Origin: a phage
Length of the DNA: 64,000 bases
Assembly (NCBI GenBank): GCA_008273105.1
Contig: GCA_008273105.1_4080.1
Strand: one strand, 5' to 3'
Part shown: piece by piece, positions 39,570 through 48,995 of the stretch
Position numbering within the stretch: position 1 is the first letter of the stretch
Layout of the letters: the number at the start of each line of letters is the position of its first letter
Notes under the pieces: generated by a model
What the model saw: only the letters and a program-made list of their open reading frames with translations
The model's database searches: none
Told to the model about the DNA's origin: nothing
Position numbers and translations under genes: made by a program

Positions 39570-39585
39570 CTTTATTTTCCTTAAT

Positions 39586-40173
39586 TTACCAACCAATTGT
39601 ACCAGTTTCTGATGGTTTTCCAGTACTGACTGGGAATGAAGAACCTTTTTGTGTAACACTAGGTCTATATGTACTAAATCTGGATACTTTATTAATGTTT
39701 ATATTTGTAATACCACTTGTACCAACGGTCAGTGTTCCAATAAACATTATAATTTCAGATTCTTGTATTTGTGTTGGTGATATTTTATAAATTGGTTCAC
39801 CGAGAACTAACGTTGCATATACGTATTGTGTTTGTGTTCCAGATGAAACAGTTGAAGCAAAAATAGAAACTGCTGGAAATTTATAAAGATAACCACCAAT
39901 AAATGATGGTATCTGTCTATTAAATGTAAGACTATAGCCTGATGAAGTAATATTTAGACTAGCGTCATCATACAATTCTCCGTATTGTGTAAGTGGTAAT
40001 CCATTGACAATAAAGTTAACTTCATCTTTGGTAATAGAGGGGAATGTACATTCCCCATTTGAATTTGTTGGGTAATAAGTCATATTATTACCTAATACAC
40101 CAAGACCAGTACTTTTACCCTGAACTGTAACTTGTTGCATTGCCTTAAGGTCTGCTCTTATTTTATATGCCAT
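39586..40173 (-). CDS. putative short fibre-like protein sharing C-terminal module (paralog B)
   Basis: 195 aa; C-terminus VGTSGITNININKVSRFSTYRPS...GKPSETGTIGW matches both large neighbours. Confidence 0.55.
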   Translation of the reverse strand: MAYKIRADLKAMQQVTVQGKSTGLGVLGNNMTYYPTNSNGECTFPSITKDEVNFIVNGLPLTQYGELYDDASLNITSSGYSLTFNRQIPSFIGGYLYKFPAVSIFASTVSSGTQTQYVYATLVLGEPIYKISPTQIQESEIIMFIGTLTVGTSGITNININKVSRFSTYRPSVTQKGSSFPVSTGKPSETGTIGW

Positions 40174-40184
40174 TATGTAATCCT

Positions 40185-42881
40185 TTACCAGTTTATGGTT
40201 CCTGTTTGTGATGGTAGACCGTAGCTAACTGGGAACGATGAACCTGCTGATTCAAGTGAAGCACCAAATATATCTAAACGGGAACGTTTTTGTATATTAA
40301 TTGTTTCGATTTGAATTGCATTAGTTTGAATTGTACCTATCCAAAAAATATTATATGCAGTTGTTCCTGTTTCAGAAATAACATCAGTAGTTATGTAATA
40401 GTTTGCCAATCCTTGTTCCAATTTAACATATACATAAAATGTTGTATTTGCTGGATTAGACTTAATAGTTCTCAAATCAATATTTGAAACTGGTAGTGAA
40501 AATGACTTACCTGAAAGAATAACTGGTGTTTCCTCTGTAAAATATACAATAAACCCTTGAGCAACGTCCTGGGATACTACGTTAATTGGGCTACCTTGTG
40601 CAGTCCAGTTATTATAGTCGGCAATCGTTGTTCCATATTTTTTGAATGTCATTTTATTTGAGTAATCCATTGGTTCAAAAATTCCAAAACCAATACCAGG
40701 TAATGCTGCTGGTTGACTTCCTTGTTCATAACTGGCATGAGATCCAGTAATTATAAAACTTGTAAATTGTGCAGTTGATTTAGTTACATATGCTCTAAAT
40801 TGATGAGTTGCAGTATTACCTATTGTTGGATGTGATAATGGGTCAGAACCACCAATGAAGTAGAATGAACCACCATCATATATTGTCAAACCAACAGAAG
40901 AAGATGCAATCGAACCATTCCCAGTTGGTGTAAAGTTATCACCATACGTATTCTCAAGTACTAAACGCTTAAATGTAATAGATGTAATATTACCAACTCT
41001 AGTATTGACATTAACTTCAGCAATTCTAATATAGTTTCTATAATCATTAGTAATTGTACTCAACATAACAAAAGCTGGAATGTCTGTTTGTTGTGGAACA
41101 AATAGTGTCATATCACGGTATGCTTGTGCTGATAAATTCCAATCACTTAGAACTTTGGCATATTCAGTATTTCTAAAATTGTCCAGTACTGATTGTGTAA
41201 CGCTTATAATTCCTGTGCCATTTAAGTTTTTATCATAGGATAATGATTGTGAATAACGTTGCCCAACCATAAAAATACCACCATTGGTTGTGACAGTTGA
41301 CCCAGAAATACTACTAATAAAAATTCTATTATTTGCATTATCATCAACATTAGCACGTTCAACTGTAGGTTCATAACCTTGTATTGTTCCTAAAGATAAT
41401 GATTTAAATGTAAAATTAGGAGTACTTTTATGAACTGCATATGATGGTCTAAATCCACCACTACCTGATGCACGTGAATATTGTTTAGTACTGTTATCTG
41501 GTAGTAATTCTACACCATTAATAAATGAACCAACCGCTGAACCAAAAGACGGGCGAACTATACCACCTTTGAAGTCAGTAGAAAGTACAGCACGGACATT
41601 CAGCATACTATAAACTATTTGAATAGGAAACTTAGCTTTTTGCATAAGTAATGGTTCTGCTAAGTTTGGACATGCAGTACAAAATGCTTCACCTGAATTT
41701 AAATAAAAATATGAACTATAAATGTTTCTTGCATTTGCATGGTTATACAATGGATCGTTATTTAAAACGTTACCAGTAGGAACTAATGCCGAACCAGTAT
41801 TAGTTATAACTAATGGTGCTTGATATGAACCAATATCGTTACCCGCATCTAATGTACATTGTTTAGTACTCATATTGAACACAAAACTGTAACTATGCTG
41901 TGGACGTGTATTATATGTTGCCATTGTAAACCAAGCATCCCCGTTCATTCTAAAGCGGAAATTCTGCGTTCCTGGCTGCTGTGCAACATATAAATCAATT
42001 GATGTCATGTAAATCCCAATACCACGTAGATTTTGTGGAACATACACATAAGGTTTATCAGCAATATTTGTTGATGTTACCTGATTAGTAATAACCATAT
42101 TATTTTGTGCAGAATATGTCGTGTTATAAAATGTTTTAGTAGTCCATCCAGTAATTCGAGTTGCAGTATAAGTACCATTGCTTATATTATAAACAACTTT
42201 AACAACAACTAATTGTAGTTGGTTATTTTCATTAAGTACGTTAAAAACATATATAGAACCATCTTCTGCCATCATAGCATATTCAATACCACCTTCAGGT
42301 GATATATCTGCTTGGTTAACGAAAAAACCAGTATGCAATTTATCATCTAATGTACCATTGGTAATTGATATGAACAAACCATTAGTACTGTTAGAAGTAT
42401 CAATATATCTACCGAGTAAAATATTTGGATCAGTATTATATAAACCAATCGCAACTCTATTTGAACCAAAAAACCCAGGCTTGTATTGACGACTAGTGTT
42501 AATTGTACGGCTCATGTCATCAACTGATAATGCGTTAGCCAAATATGAATAAAATAATCCCTCAACACTACCGTTTGTCCCACTACGTAAAAGTACTAGT
42601 GTACCATCGTTTTCTAATAAAATTTTATTTCTACGTTGTGACTGGTTTTCTGATGCACCATTGAAATCCCCAGAAACACCCGCAGGTAGATAGTTTTGTG
42701 AACCATAATGGGAGATTGGCATCATACTTACTATATCTAGTACTTCATCTCTGGAATAAGTATCTAATTCCAAGTTACCGTTGGAATCAAAAACTTGTTC
42801 ATTTATTCCTTGAATTGTTCTTTTACCATTAACTGTCACATTATGTGTGACATCTAAGCCACCATATATTTTCTTTGACAT
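40185..42881 (-). CDS. putative tail fibre / receptor-binding protein (paralog C)
   Basis: 898 aa; shared N- and C-terminal modules with 36840-39569; late-promoter-like motif upstream. Confidence 0.6.
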   Translation of the reverse strand: MSKKIYGGLDVTHNVTVNGKRTIQGINEQVFDSNGNLELDTYSRDEVLDIVSMMPISHYGSQNYLPAGVSGDFNGASENQSQRRNKILLENDGTLVLLRSGTNGSVEGLFYSYLANALSVDDMSRTINTSRQYKPGFFGSNRVAIGLYNTDPNILLGRYIDTSNSTNGLFISITNGTLDDKLHTGFFVNQADISPEGGIEYAMMAEDGSIYVFNVLNENNQLQLVVVKVVYNISNGTYTATRITGWTTKTFYNTTYSAQNNMVITNQVTSTNIADKPYVYVPQNLRGIGIYMTSIDLYVAQQPGTQNFRFRMNGDAWFTMATYNTRPQHSYSFVFNMSTKQCTLDAGNDIGSYQAPLVITNTGSALVPTGNVLNNDPLYNHANARNIYSSYFYLNSGEAFCTACPNLAEPLLMQKAKFPIQIVYSMLNVRAVLSTDFKGGIVRPSFGSAVGSFINGVELLPDNSTKQYSRASGSGGFRPSYAVHKSTPNFTFKSLSLGTIQGYEPTVERANVDDNANNRIFISSISGSTVTTNGGIFMVGQRYSQSLSYDKNLNGTGIISVTQSVLDNFRNTEYAKVLSDWNLSAQAYRDMTLFVPQQTDIPAFVMLSTITNDYRNYIRIAEVNVNTRVGNITSITFKRLVLENTYGDNFTPTGNGSIASSSVGLTIYDGGSFYFIGGSDPLSHPTIGNTATHQFRAYVTKSTAQFTSFIITGSHASYEQGSQPAALPGIGFGIFEPMDYSNKMTFKKYGTTIADYNNWTAQGSPINVVSQDVAQGFIVYFTEETPVILSGKSFSLPVSNIDLRTIKSNPANTTFYVYVKLEQGLANYYITTDVISETGTTAYNIFWIGTIQTNAIQIETINIQKRSRLDIFGASLESAGSSFPVSYGLPSQTGTINW

Positions 42882-42915
42882 TATATATCCCTTATAAATT
42901 AGATATTAGTTAATG

Positions 42916-42923
42916 TATTTATA
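42916..42923 (-). promoter_or_regulatory. T4-type late promoter-like motif (TATAAATA on minus strand)
   Basis: Exact TATAAATA ~40 nt upstream of fibre gene start, just after the nrdG terminator. Confidence 0.4.
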
Positions 42924-42930
42924 TACATAA

Positions 42931-42953
42931 TAAAAAAGCACCCAACGGGTGCT
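42931..42953 (-). terminator. rho-independent terminator after nrdG
   Basis: Stem GCACCC/GGGTGC, 3-nt loop, T6 on minus strand. Confidence 0.65.
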
Positions 42954-42957
42954 TATG

Positions 42958-43428
42958 CTAAAAATCTTTATTTTTATATAGTATTCTTTGATTATTTGAA
43001 CCACGGAAAGGTAATTTTAAATTCTTTTCGGACTCAATAAACTTACCATCAACTAATACATCTAAGTACTGAAGTATATCTTTAGCATGATTTTTCATAA
43101 TCTCATCTAAAGTATACCCACTCCAGCACCAAATAGTTTTACTAGGATAAGTTTCTTTAACTACTTTGCATAGATTTAAAACTTCATCTATATTCTTTTT
43201 CATTAATGGATCGCCGCCTAGAAGTGACAAACCACTAACATATGGTTTTTTTAGTTCCTGTAGTATAATCTCAACTGTTTCAGTACTGAACAATTGACCA
43301 CTTCTGTAATCCCATGCTTCTTCATTGAAGCAACCATCACATCCGTGCGAACACCCACTAACAAATAAAGAGCAGCGAACGCCCTCTCCATTTACTAAAT
43401 CATCCTTGATTATCGTCTGGTAATTCAT
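42958..43428 (-). CDS. nrdG: anaerobic ribonucleotide reductase activating protein
   Basis: NGEGVRCSLFVSGCSHGCDGCFN radical-SAM Cys cluster typical of NrdG; adjacent to nrdD. Confidence 0.85.
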   Translation of the reverse strand: MNYQTIIKDDLVNGEGVRCSLFVSGCSHGCDGCFNEEAWDYRSGQLFSTETVEIILQELKKPYVSGLSLLGGDPLMKKNIDEVLNLCKVVKETYPSKTIWCWSGYTLDEIMKNHAKDILQYLDVLVDGKFIESEKNLKLPFRGSNNQRILYKNKDF

Positions 43429-43732
43429 CTAATATTGCACTCACTATTTCGACAAGAACATCGCCGTGACATGATTTTGGTTTACAGAAACAACCAAGGC
43501 GTTTCCCTGCGAGTTCAAGTAATTCATCAATCTTAACTTCTCCACAAGAAATACGTTCAATAATGTATTCTCTGAATTTTTCAATTGATTCTTCTCTTGT
43601 ACTAACAATGAACTCGGCTTTGGTTTGTTTATCTTTAATATGGGTAAATGGGTTTCCCCATTTAGACCCACGTCCAATATACACATCATACGGTTCTTTG
43701 TATTTGTTAACCACAATTGGCTTTAAATCCAT
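43400..43732 (-). CDS. conserved phage protein, DUF4326-like (name recalled, unverified)
   Basis: DVYIGRGSKWGNPF...CFCKPKSCHGDVL motif. Confidence 0.5.
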   Translation of the reverse strand: MDLKPIVVNKYKEPYDVYIGRGSKWGNPFTHIKDKQTKAEFIVSTREESIEKFREYIIERISCGEVKIDELLELAGKRLGCFCKPKSCHGDVLVEIVSAILDELPDDNQG

Positions 43733-43740
43733 AATTTACC

Positions 43741-45609
43741 TTATTTGTGCTGAATACGCTCGCAACACTCTTGTTGCTTGCCTTTATTGAAGCCACGCGA
43801 AGAAGGATTACCCAAGTACCCAGAAACACGACGAATCACTGAGATTGTCTTCTCATTACGATTATCACATACAGGACAGTGGAAACCATGTTTATCGACA
43901 CTGAACTCACCCTGGAAGCCACATTCATAACAATGGTCAACTGGTTGGTTAATACCAAAATATGGTATCTTAGTGTACGCATAGTTAACTAATGTTTCAA
44001 GTGCTTGAATGTTGTTTGCTAAGTTTGGAGATTCAACATAACTGATGTTTCCACCGTTACTTAGGTAAGCAAACCCTTCTTCATAACTCCATTTATCAAA
44101 TGGAGAACTTTCTACCCATACTGGTTGATGGAAGGAATTTGTGATGTAATCACGTTTTAGTACTGAAGGATATTTTGCTTCAATGCAACGTGCAAATTTA
44201 TAACAAAGTGACTCTGCTGGCGTTCCATATAGACTAAAAGCTATATTACTCTCTTTTTTGAACTCATCGCATTTTACTTTCATATAATTCAGTACTGACA
44301 TACAAAACTCCTTACTGATAGAACCAGTGAGGATTTCTGAACATTCAACAAGTCCAACATAACCAATACTAATACTAGCATAACCATTGTAAAATAGCTT
44401 GTCAATGGTTTCTTCTGCACCTAAACGTGCTAATGCACCTTCCATGAACAAAATTGGATTTTGCTTTGCTTTAGTGCCTTTTAAACGCTCTACGCGGTTC
44501 ATCTGAGCACGATATGCAATATTCATATGCTCGTCTATCTTATCAAAAAACTCTCCGTCAGAAGTACTCTCAAGAGCAATTAGAGGTAAATTGATAGAAA
44601 CCACACCTAAATTGAAACGACCGTTGTATTGTTCATTTCCATTTGAATCTTCCCATTTTCCTAAGAATGAACGACAGCCCATCGGTGTTACAGCAGTACT
44701 ACTACTTCCAGTCACTTTGTGATTTAATGGTACTGAAACAAAGTCAGGGTAGATTCGTTTTGATGCACAACGCATAGCTAACTGTTTAAGGTCATAATTA
44801 CTATCGTTGGTATTCATGTTTATACCATCTTGTAAAAAGAAAATTACTTTAGGAAACACTGGAGTAATCTTATCTTTACCTAAACCATTCTCATGGACTT
44901 TTAAGTACTGTTCAGTGATTAATTTGCCAAATTTAGAAGTGTTAAGACCTAAACTAAGAGAAATAAATGCAGCTTGACCATTAGTACTAATCATTGAATT
45001 AGTTTGGTAAAGTAATGTTTGGCAGCCATCATACACTTCTTTACGTAGTTCTTCTTCAATGAATTCATCACTTAGATTATATTTCTTTTGTTTTTCTAAC
45101 AGCTTATCCCATGACTTTTGAACGTAAGGTTCTAATCCGACATCAATGTGAGCCAAAGATTGACCACCATACTGGGAACTGGCAACAGCTTGGACAATTT
45201 GTGTCAGTACTGTGCAAGCTACACTGAAACTTTTTGGTTCTTCAATTTTAGCACAACCAATAGTGAAGCCGTTTTTAAGCATATCAGGATAGTTAACCAA
45301 GCAACAATTGGTCAATGGGCTAATATAGTAATCTAAATCATGAATATGACCATATCCATCATTATGCCATTGCATTAACTCGGTGGGAATAACATCTTGT
45401 GAATAATGCTTAGATAGAATACCTGCTAGTAAATCTCTATGTGTATTGACGCATTTTGCATCTTTATTAGCGTTTTCATTAGTAAGATCAGTATTACTCT
45501 GATTTAGGAAATTTGTTACATCGGTATATAATTTATCTAATTGCATTGTACATTCCTTGTATTTTGAAATCATCTGGGGGTGAAGATATTTAATATCACC
45601 AGACAACAT
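43741..45609 (-). CDS. nrdD: anaerobic ribonucleoside-triphosphate reductase (class III), large subunit
   Basis: 622 aa; C-terminal glycyl-radical motif RRVSGYLG; four-Cys site CYECG...CPVCD. Confidence 0.9.
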   Translation of the reverse strand: MLSGDIKYLHPQMISKYKECTMQLDKLYTDVTNFLNQSNTDLTNENANKDAKCVNTHRDLLAGILSKHYSQDVIPTELMQWHNDGYGHIHDLDYYISPLTNCCLVNYPDMLKNGFTIGCAKIEEPKSFSVACTVLTQIVQAVASSQYGGQSLAHIDVGLEPYVQKSWDKLLEKQKKYNLSDEFIEEELRKEVYDGCQTLLYQTNSMISTNGQAAFISLSLGLNTSKFGKLITEQYLKVHENGLGKDKITPVFPKVIFFLQDGINMNTNDSNYDLKQLAMRCASKRIYPDFVSVPLNHKVTGSSSTAVTPMGCRSFLGKWEDSNGNEQYNGRFNLGVVSINLPLIALESTSDGEFFDKIDEHMNIAYRAQMNRVERLKGTKAKQNPILFMEGALARLGAEETIDKLFYNGYASISIGYVGLVECSEILTGSISKEFCMSVLNYMKVKCDEFKKESNIAFSLYGTPAESLCYKFARCIEAKYPSVLKRDYITNSFHQPVWVESSPFDKWSYEEGFAYLSNGGNISYVESPNLANNIQALETLVNYAYTKIPYFGINQPVDHCYECGFQGEFSVDKHGFHCPVCDNRNEKTISVIRRVSGYLGNPSSRGFNKGKQQECCERIQHK

Positions 45610-45682
45610 TATAGCGTCAGAACAGGTTATTTCTCTTGACCTATATCAAGGAAAAGTCACATTGCTTTTTATTTGCACAAAT

Positions 45683-45710
45683 AGAAAAAGCACCACAAGG
45701 GTGCTTTTAA
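45683..45710 (-). terminator. hairpin terminator upstream of nrdD
   Basis: Stem AAAAGCACC/GGTGCTTTT, 5-nt loop, U-rich tail on minus strand. Confidence 0.5.
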
Positions 45711-45823
45711 AGTACTGCTAATATAACAACTGCCCAAATTAGCAGTAATACATTGGTTGGTGCGGAAAAAAGCATATATGCAGCAAGTGCACTGCAACCT
45801 ATGACAAGTTTAGCTAGTCTCAT
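45707..45823 (-). CDS. small hydrophobic peptide (38 aa)
   Basis: ATG then hydrophobic stretch; below track cutoff. Confidence 0.25.
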   Translation of the reverse strand: MRLAKLVIGCSALAAYMLFSAPTNVLLLIWAVVILAVL

Positions 45824-46046
45824 CTGGACTCCATGTAATAGTTACTGTGAACGTCCCTTCTTGAAAACCAAACTCATCTTGTGGGATTTGTTCAGCTAAT
45901 GGGTTAAATCTTGAATCGAAGGCTTCATGCACATCTCTCTGAATATCATAGAGACTTTCACCATCGTATTCTTTTTTAAAGATTTCATTCTGCATTGATA
46001 CGTAACGACCCTCGTATTCTGTCTGGATAGCCATCAAATAGTTCAA
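45810..46046 (-). CDS. hypothetical protein (possible frameshifted continuation of upstream ORF)
   Basis: 78-aa ORF overlapping 45985-46395 by 62 nt. Confidence 0.4.
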   Translation of the reverse strand: MNYLMAIQTEYEGRYVSMQNEIFKKEYDGESLYDIQRDVHEAFDSRFNPLAEQIPQDEFGFQEGTFTVTITWSPDETS

Positions 46047-46395
46047 TAAGTTGGTTTAACGCATAAGAACTGAAGAATGGATTATTCTTTGCAATTTCTA
46101 TTCGTTTTTCAATATCCATTAATATAATCTCTGGTCTACTGAAATTACCTTTACGTCTATATGTTAGTAAACGCTCTTTGTGTCCGTTGAACTGAAATTC
46201 AAAATATGTTGATGATGTATAATCACTTCCATCAGGAATCGGAATTGAGAAATCAACATTGTACTTATAACCAAATGCAAAAAAATAACCACCATCTTCG
46301 AACGGTATAGTTGTATCATTTAGGTGGAAATCTATTTCATCTCCTAATATATCAAATATCTTGGTACTTAGAGACATAAAATCATCGGCTAACAT
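45985..46395 (-). CDS. hypothetical protein
   Basis: 136-aa ORF. Confidence 0.45.
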   Translation of the reverse strand: MLADDFMSLSTKIFDILGDEIDFHLNDTTIPFEDGGYFFAFGYKYNVDFSIPIPDGSDYTSSTYFEFQFNGHKERLLTYRRKGNFSRPEIILMDIEKRIEIAKNNPFFSSYALNQLIELFDGYPDRIRGSLRINAE

Positions 46396-46403
46396 TTTTT
46401 ACC

Positions 46404-46622
46404 TTATTTTATAACTCGACAGTAGTACTGAATAATGTAAGGAAATAATGGATTATTCACGTATGTAGCGAAATTAGCTATTGTAACTTTTTTATAGTAC
46501 GAATTATGAATTGTTATAAGAGTGTGGGGATCTATTGATTCTCTATTAGAGAGTTCAACATAACGCCCACACTTCATATAAGCCTTACCATAATAATCGT
46601 AAATTATGTCATATTTTTCCAT
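46404..46622 (-). CDS. hypothetical protein
   Basis: 72-aa ORF. Confidence 0.45.
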   Translation of the reverse strand: MEKYDIIYDYYGKAYMKCGRYVELSNRESIDPHTLITIHNSYYKKVTIANFATYVNNPLFPYIIQYYCRVIK

Positions 46623-46982
46623 TTATTCTGGATCTTTGTTTTTATCAACTGTGTTGTTTTTATTCAAATCAATTTGTAAAGCCATTGCAGCTTCAGCATT
46701 TTCTTCATGTGTGCCATTGAATTTATACCCATTCTTAATGAGATTCACTGTGTAGTACTTATTGTAAAGAAATGCCCACACGACCATTGCAATTGTACCC
46801 ACAATCCAAAATGACACTGCGTTGAGGATGAAGTAAATTACAAATGCACCGATGAACGTAATAAAGTCACCACGAAACAATGCAGGGAACGGTCCAAAGA
46901 ATAATGTTGTCCATGAGAATCCAAAGAAACCATCTTTGCGTTGTCCTACATTTTCATTTTTTAAAGAAATAGTTTTAGCCAT
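46623..46982 (-). CDS. membrane protein
   Basis: 119 aa, two hydrophobic helices. Confidence 0.5.
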   Translation of the reverse strand: MAKTISLKNENVGQRKDGFFGFSWTTLFFGPFPALFRGDFITFIGAFVIYFILNAVSFWIVGTIAMVVWAFLYNKYYTVNLIKNGYKFNGTHEENAEAAMALQIDLNKNNTVDKNKDPE

Positions 46983-46991
46983 TTTAATCTC

Positions 46992-47216
46992 CTACTTATT
47001 ATTTGGGTTTGGTATACAGTACACATATACTAGATTACTAAAGTGTTCAGTACTGGAATATTTTGCTAACTCAGTAATGTGAAAGTTCTTGTCATAAAAC
47101 CTTCCACTATTGAATGTTGTTATTTGGCAACAATGTATAGGTCTGAAAATATAATAATAAAATATATCATTTTCAACTACAACAGTATGGTTTGTATAAC
47201 GCTCGATTTTCTTCAT
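46992..47216 (-). CDS. hypothetical protein
   Basis: 74-aa ORF. Confidence 0.4.
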   Translation of the reverse strand: MKKIERYTNHTVVVENDIFYYYIFRPIHCCQITTFNSGRFYDKNFHITELAKYSSTEHFSNLVYVYCIPNPNNK

Positions 47217-47581
47217 GTGTGGATAATTTCCTTAACCCCGTATTCCATAATTGCTAATGTGCAAATTTCACATGGTTTAGCAGGTACAGGAATACCATCT
47301 TTACTTATCCGTGCAATCAGTAAAGTATGAACATCAGCACGTGCAGCTAATAAGCAAGAAATTTCAGCATGGAGAAATTCACCTTGTGGACGTCCAGCAC
47401 GAATTGCAAAACCTTTCTGTACTGGATGTGTCTGTGTATAAGAATTTGTGCGTGTTGCCAGTACTCGACCTTTTTTATCCAGTGCACGAGCAATCACACG
47501 ATACCGCTTGTAGTTCCCTACTTGCTCAATGGGTGGCATCCGGCGTAATTCTTCAACAAGTTTCTCCAATTTACTATTCAT
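47213..47581 (-). CDS. small cytidine-deaminase-fold zinc-dependent deaminase
   Basis: HAE(ISCL) ... PCEIC zinc-binding motifs in a 122-aa protein. Confidence 0.6.
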   Translation of the reverse strand: MNSKLEKLVEELRRMPPIEQVGNYKRYRVIARALDKKGRVLATRTNSYTQTHPVQKGFAIRAGRPQGEFLHAEISCLLAARADVHTLLIARISKDGIPVPAKPCEICTLAIMEYGVKEIIHT

Positions 47582-48204
47582 AAGTCTAAGTCTATACCCT
47601 TTTCAAGTGATTTTTCTAGAACCCAAAGTTTACATTCTTCACTCTCCAAATGTATCTTTGCCTCTTGCTGTTCTTCTATTGTACAAGACTTTATGAATGC
47701 ACGCAAGGCTTGGATTGTATTTTTTAAATTTTTTATGTCATCGATGATTTTTTCTTTGGTTTCTTCATCGATTACACATGAACTCCAACTGTGTCGTTCC
47801 TCCCAAACTGTTTTAGCGGGATTATATATTGATTGTGATGCATTGAATGAATGTATTTTATGAAATTTATCATCTGCTTCCTGTTGGGTATAATCCCCAT
47901 ATGTGTTCAGAACATTTTTGTATAATTCATCAATGGCCTCTTCATACGTATCACCACCACAATCCAATTGATAATCATGTGCTTGTACCCATTCGTCGTC
48001 TTGCTCAATATACATTGGTGAAAGAAATTCTACCCAAAATTGAGTCTTTGTATTCAATGCTTTGAAATCTTCAATTCGATTTGTCATTGGACACACATCA
48101 TGAGGTTCTATATCAATCCTAGCTGGAACCATATCTTTGTTTATGAATTTAGGATGACCCAAAATCCACCAGTACTTTTCCGATGTAGTCATAGTAATCT
48201 CCAA
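47578..48204 (-). CDS. hypothetical protein
   Basis: 208-aa ORF. Confidence 0.5.
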   Translation of the reverse strand: MEITMTTSEKYWWILGHPKFINKDMVPARIDIEPHDVCPMTNRIEDFKALNTKTQFWVEFLSPMYIEQDDEWVQAHDYQLDCGGDTYEEAIDELYKNVLNTYGDYTQQEADDKFHKIHSFNASQSIYNPAKTVWEERHSWSSCVIDEETKEKIIDDIKNLKNTIQALRAFIKSCTIEEQQEAKIHLESEECKLWVLEKSLEKGIDLDL

Positions 48205-48238
48205 TTAAAAAGTACTGCACACGATGGCAGTACTGATG

Positions 48239-48598
48239 TTAAACGTAACGTTTCTTTTTATAATCATACCCTACTGCTTTGTAAAAGTCAAACAAAGAAG
48301 CATGTTCAAATGTAGGTAATAGATCATATGGGTGCTGATAGTTCGCAATACCAACAATAGCCATCATTGATTCAGCAGTTCTTACGTTCTCACTATCCCA
48401 TTCATCTAAACGCCAAAGTGAGCAAAGTACCTCTCGTTCATGTTGCTTACCCAGAAAGAATCCAGCTTCACGGTCACGAAATGCACCTACACTGACAGTA
48501 CTTTTGTACCAGTCTTTTTCACCATATAATGGCATACGGATAATATGTTTTTCTTTAGCTTCTCCAAAGCGATGAAGAAATGCTACATAATCACTCAT
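48239..48598 (-). CDS. hypothetical protein
   Basis: 119-aa ORF. Confidence 0.5.
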   Translation of the reverse strand: MSDYVAFLHRFGEAKEKHIIRMPLYGEKDWYKSTVSVGAFRDREAGFFLGKQHEREVLCSLWRLDEWDSENVRTAESMMAIVGIANYQHPYDLLPTFEHASLFDFYKAVGYDYKKKRYV

Positions 48599-48765
48599 AA
48601 TTTATAACCCATTACAGGTTTGGTATGATCCGGTTCGTAAGACTTTTCAGTACTGAACCCTCTGAAATTTCCACGTCCTGGATTTGGACAAGCCATCCCT
48701 TGTATTGAATGCTTACCCTTATCTTTGCCACAATTTTTACATTTGTAGCCAATTACTTCTTTCAT
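48595..48765 (-). CDS. small Cys-rich protein (56 aa), possible zinc ribbon
   Basis: YKCKNCGKDKGKHSIQGMACP; ATGA overlap with downstream gene; below track cutoff. Confidence 0.35.
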   Translation of the reverse strand: MKEVIGYKCKNCGKDKGKHSIQGMACPNPGRGNFRGFSTEKSYEPDHTKPVMGYKL

Positions 48766-48992
48766 TGTGCATCCTTCGGAACAGTATTAAGACGTTTGCG
48801 ATTCACAATCTTCCTGCACATGAGGTTAAGATCTTGCCCATGACGCATAGTATGACATGCGTATAGTGTTCCTTGATGATTTAGTTTTGTTAAACCTTGA
48901 CGGATGATTTCAGCATCCATCTCATCAACTTTAGGAGCACATCCACTCAGAAATACAATAGAAGAAATAATAAAAATATATAATAATTTCAT
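48762..48992 (-). CDS. small lipoprotein
   Basis: MKLLYIFIISSIVFLSGC signal peptide with lipobox. Confidence 0.5.
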   Translation of the reverse strand: MKLLYIFIISSIVFLSGCAPKVDEMDAEIIRQGLTKLNHQGTLYACHTMRHGQDLNLMCRKIVNRKRLNTVPKDAQ

Positions 48993-48995
48993 AAT

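Noticed and set aside
42916-42923. TATAAATA as a general late-promoter signal for all structural genes here
   Set aside because: Only this site on the minus strand and one on the plus strand (56448-56455) match exactly; upstream regions of sheath and tube genes have near-matches only, so only the local motif is reported.
43444-43790. ORFs 43444-43716 (-) and 43563-43790 (+)
   Set aside because: Off-frame or antisense to the Cys/His-motif gene 43400-43732, whose frame carries the conserved motif.
43741-45609. Intron or intein inside nrdD
   Set aside because: The NrdD frame is continuous and of normal length (622 aa) with the glycyl-radical motif at the C-terminus; no insertion evident.
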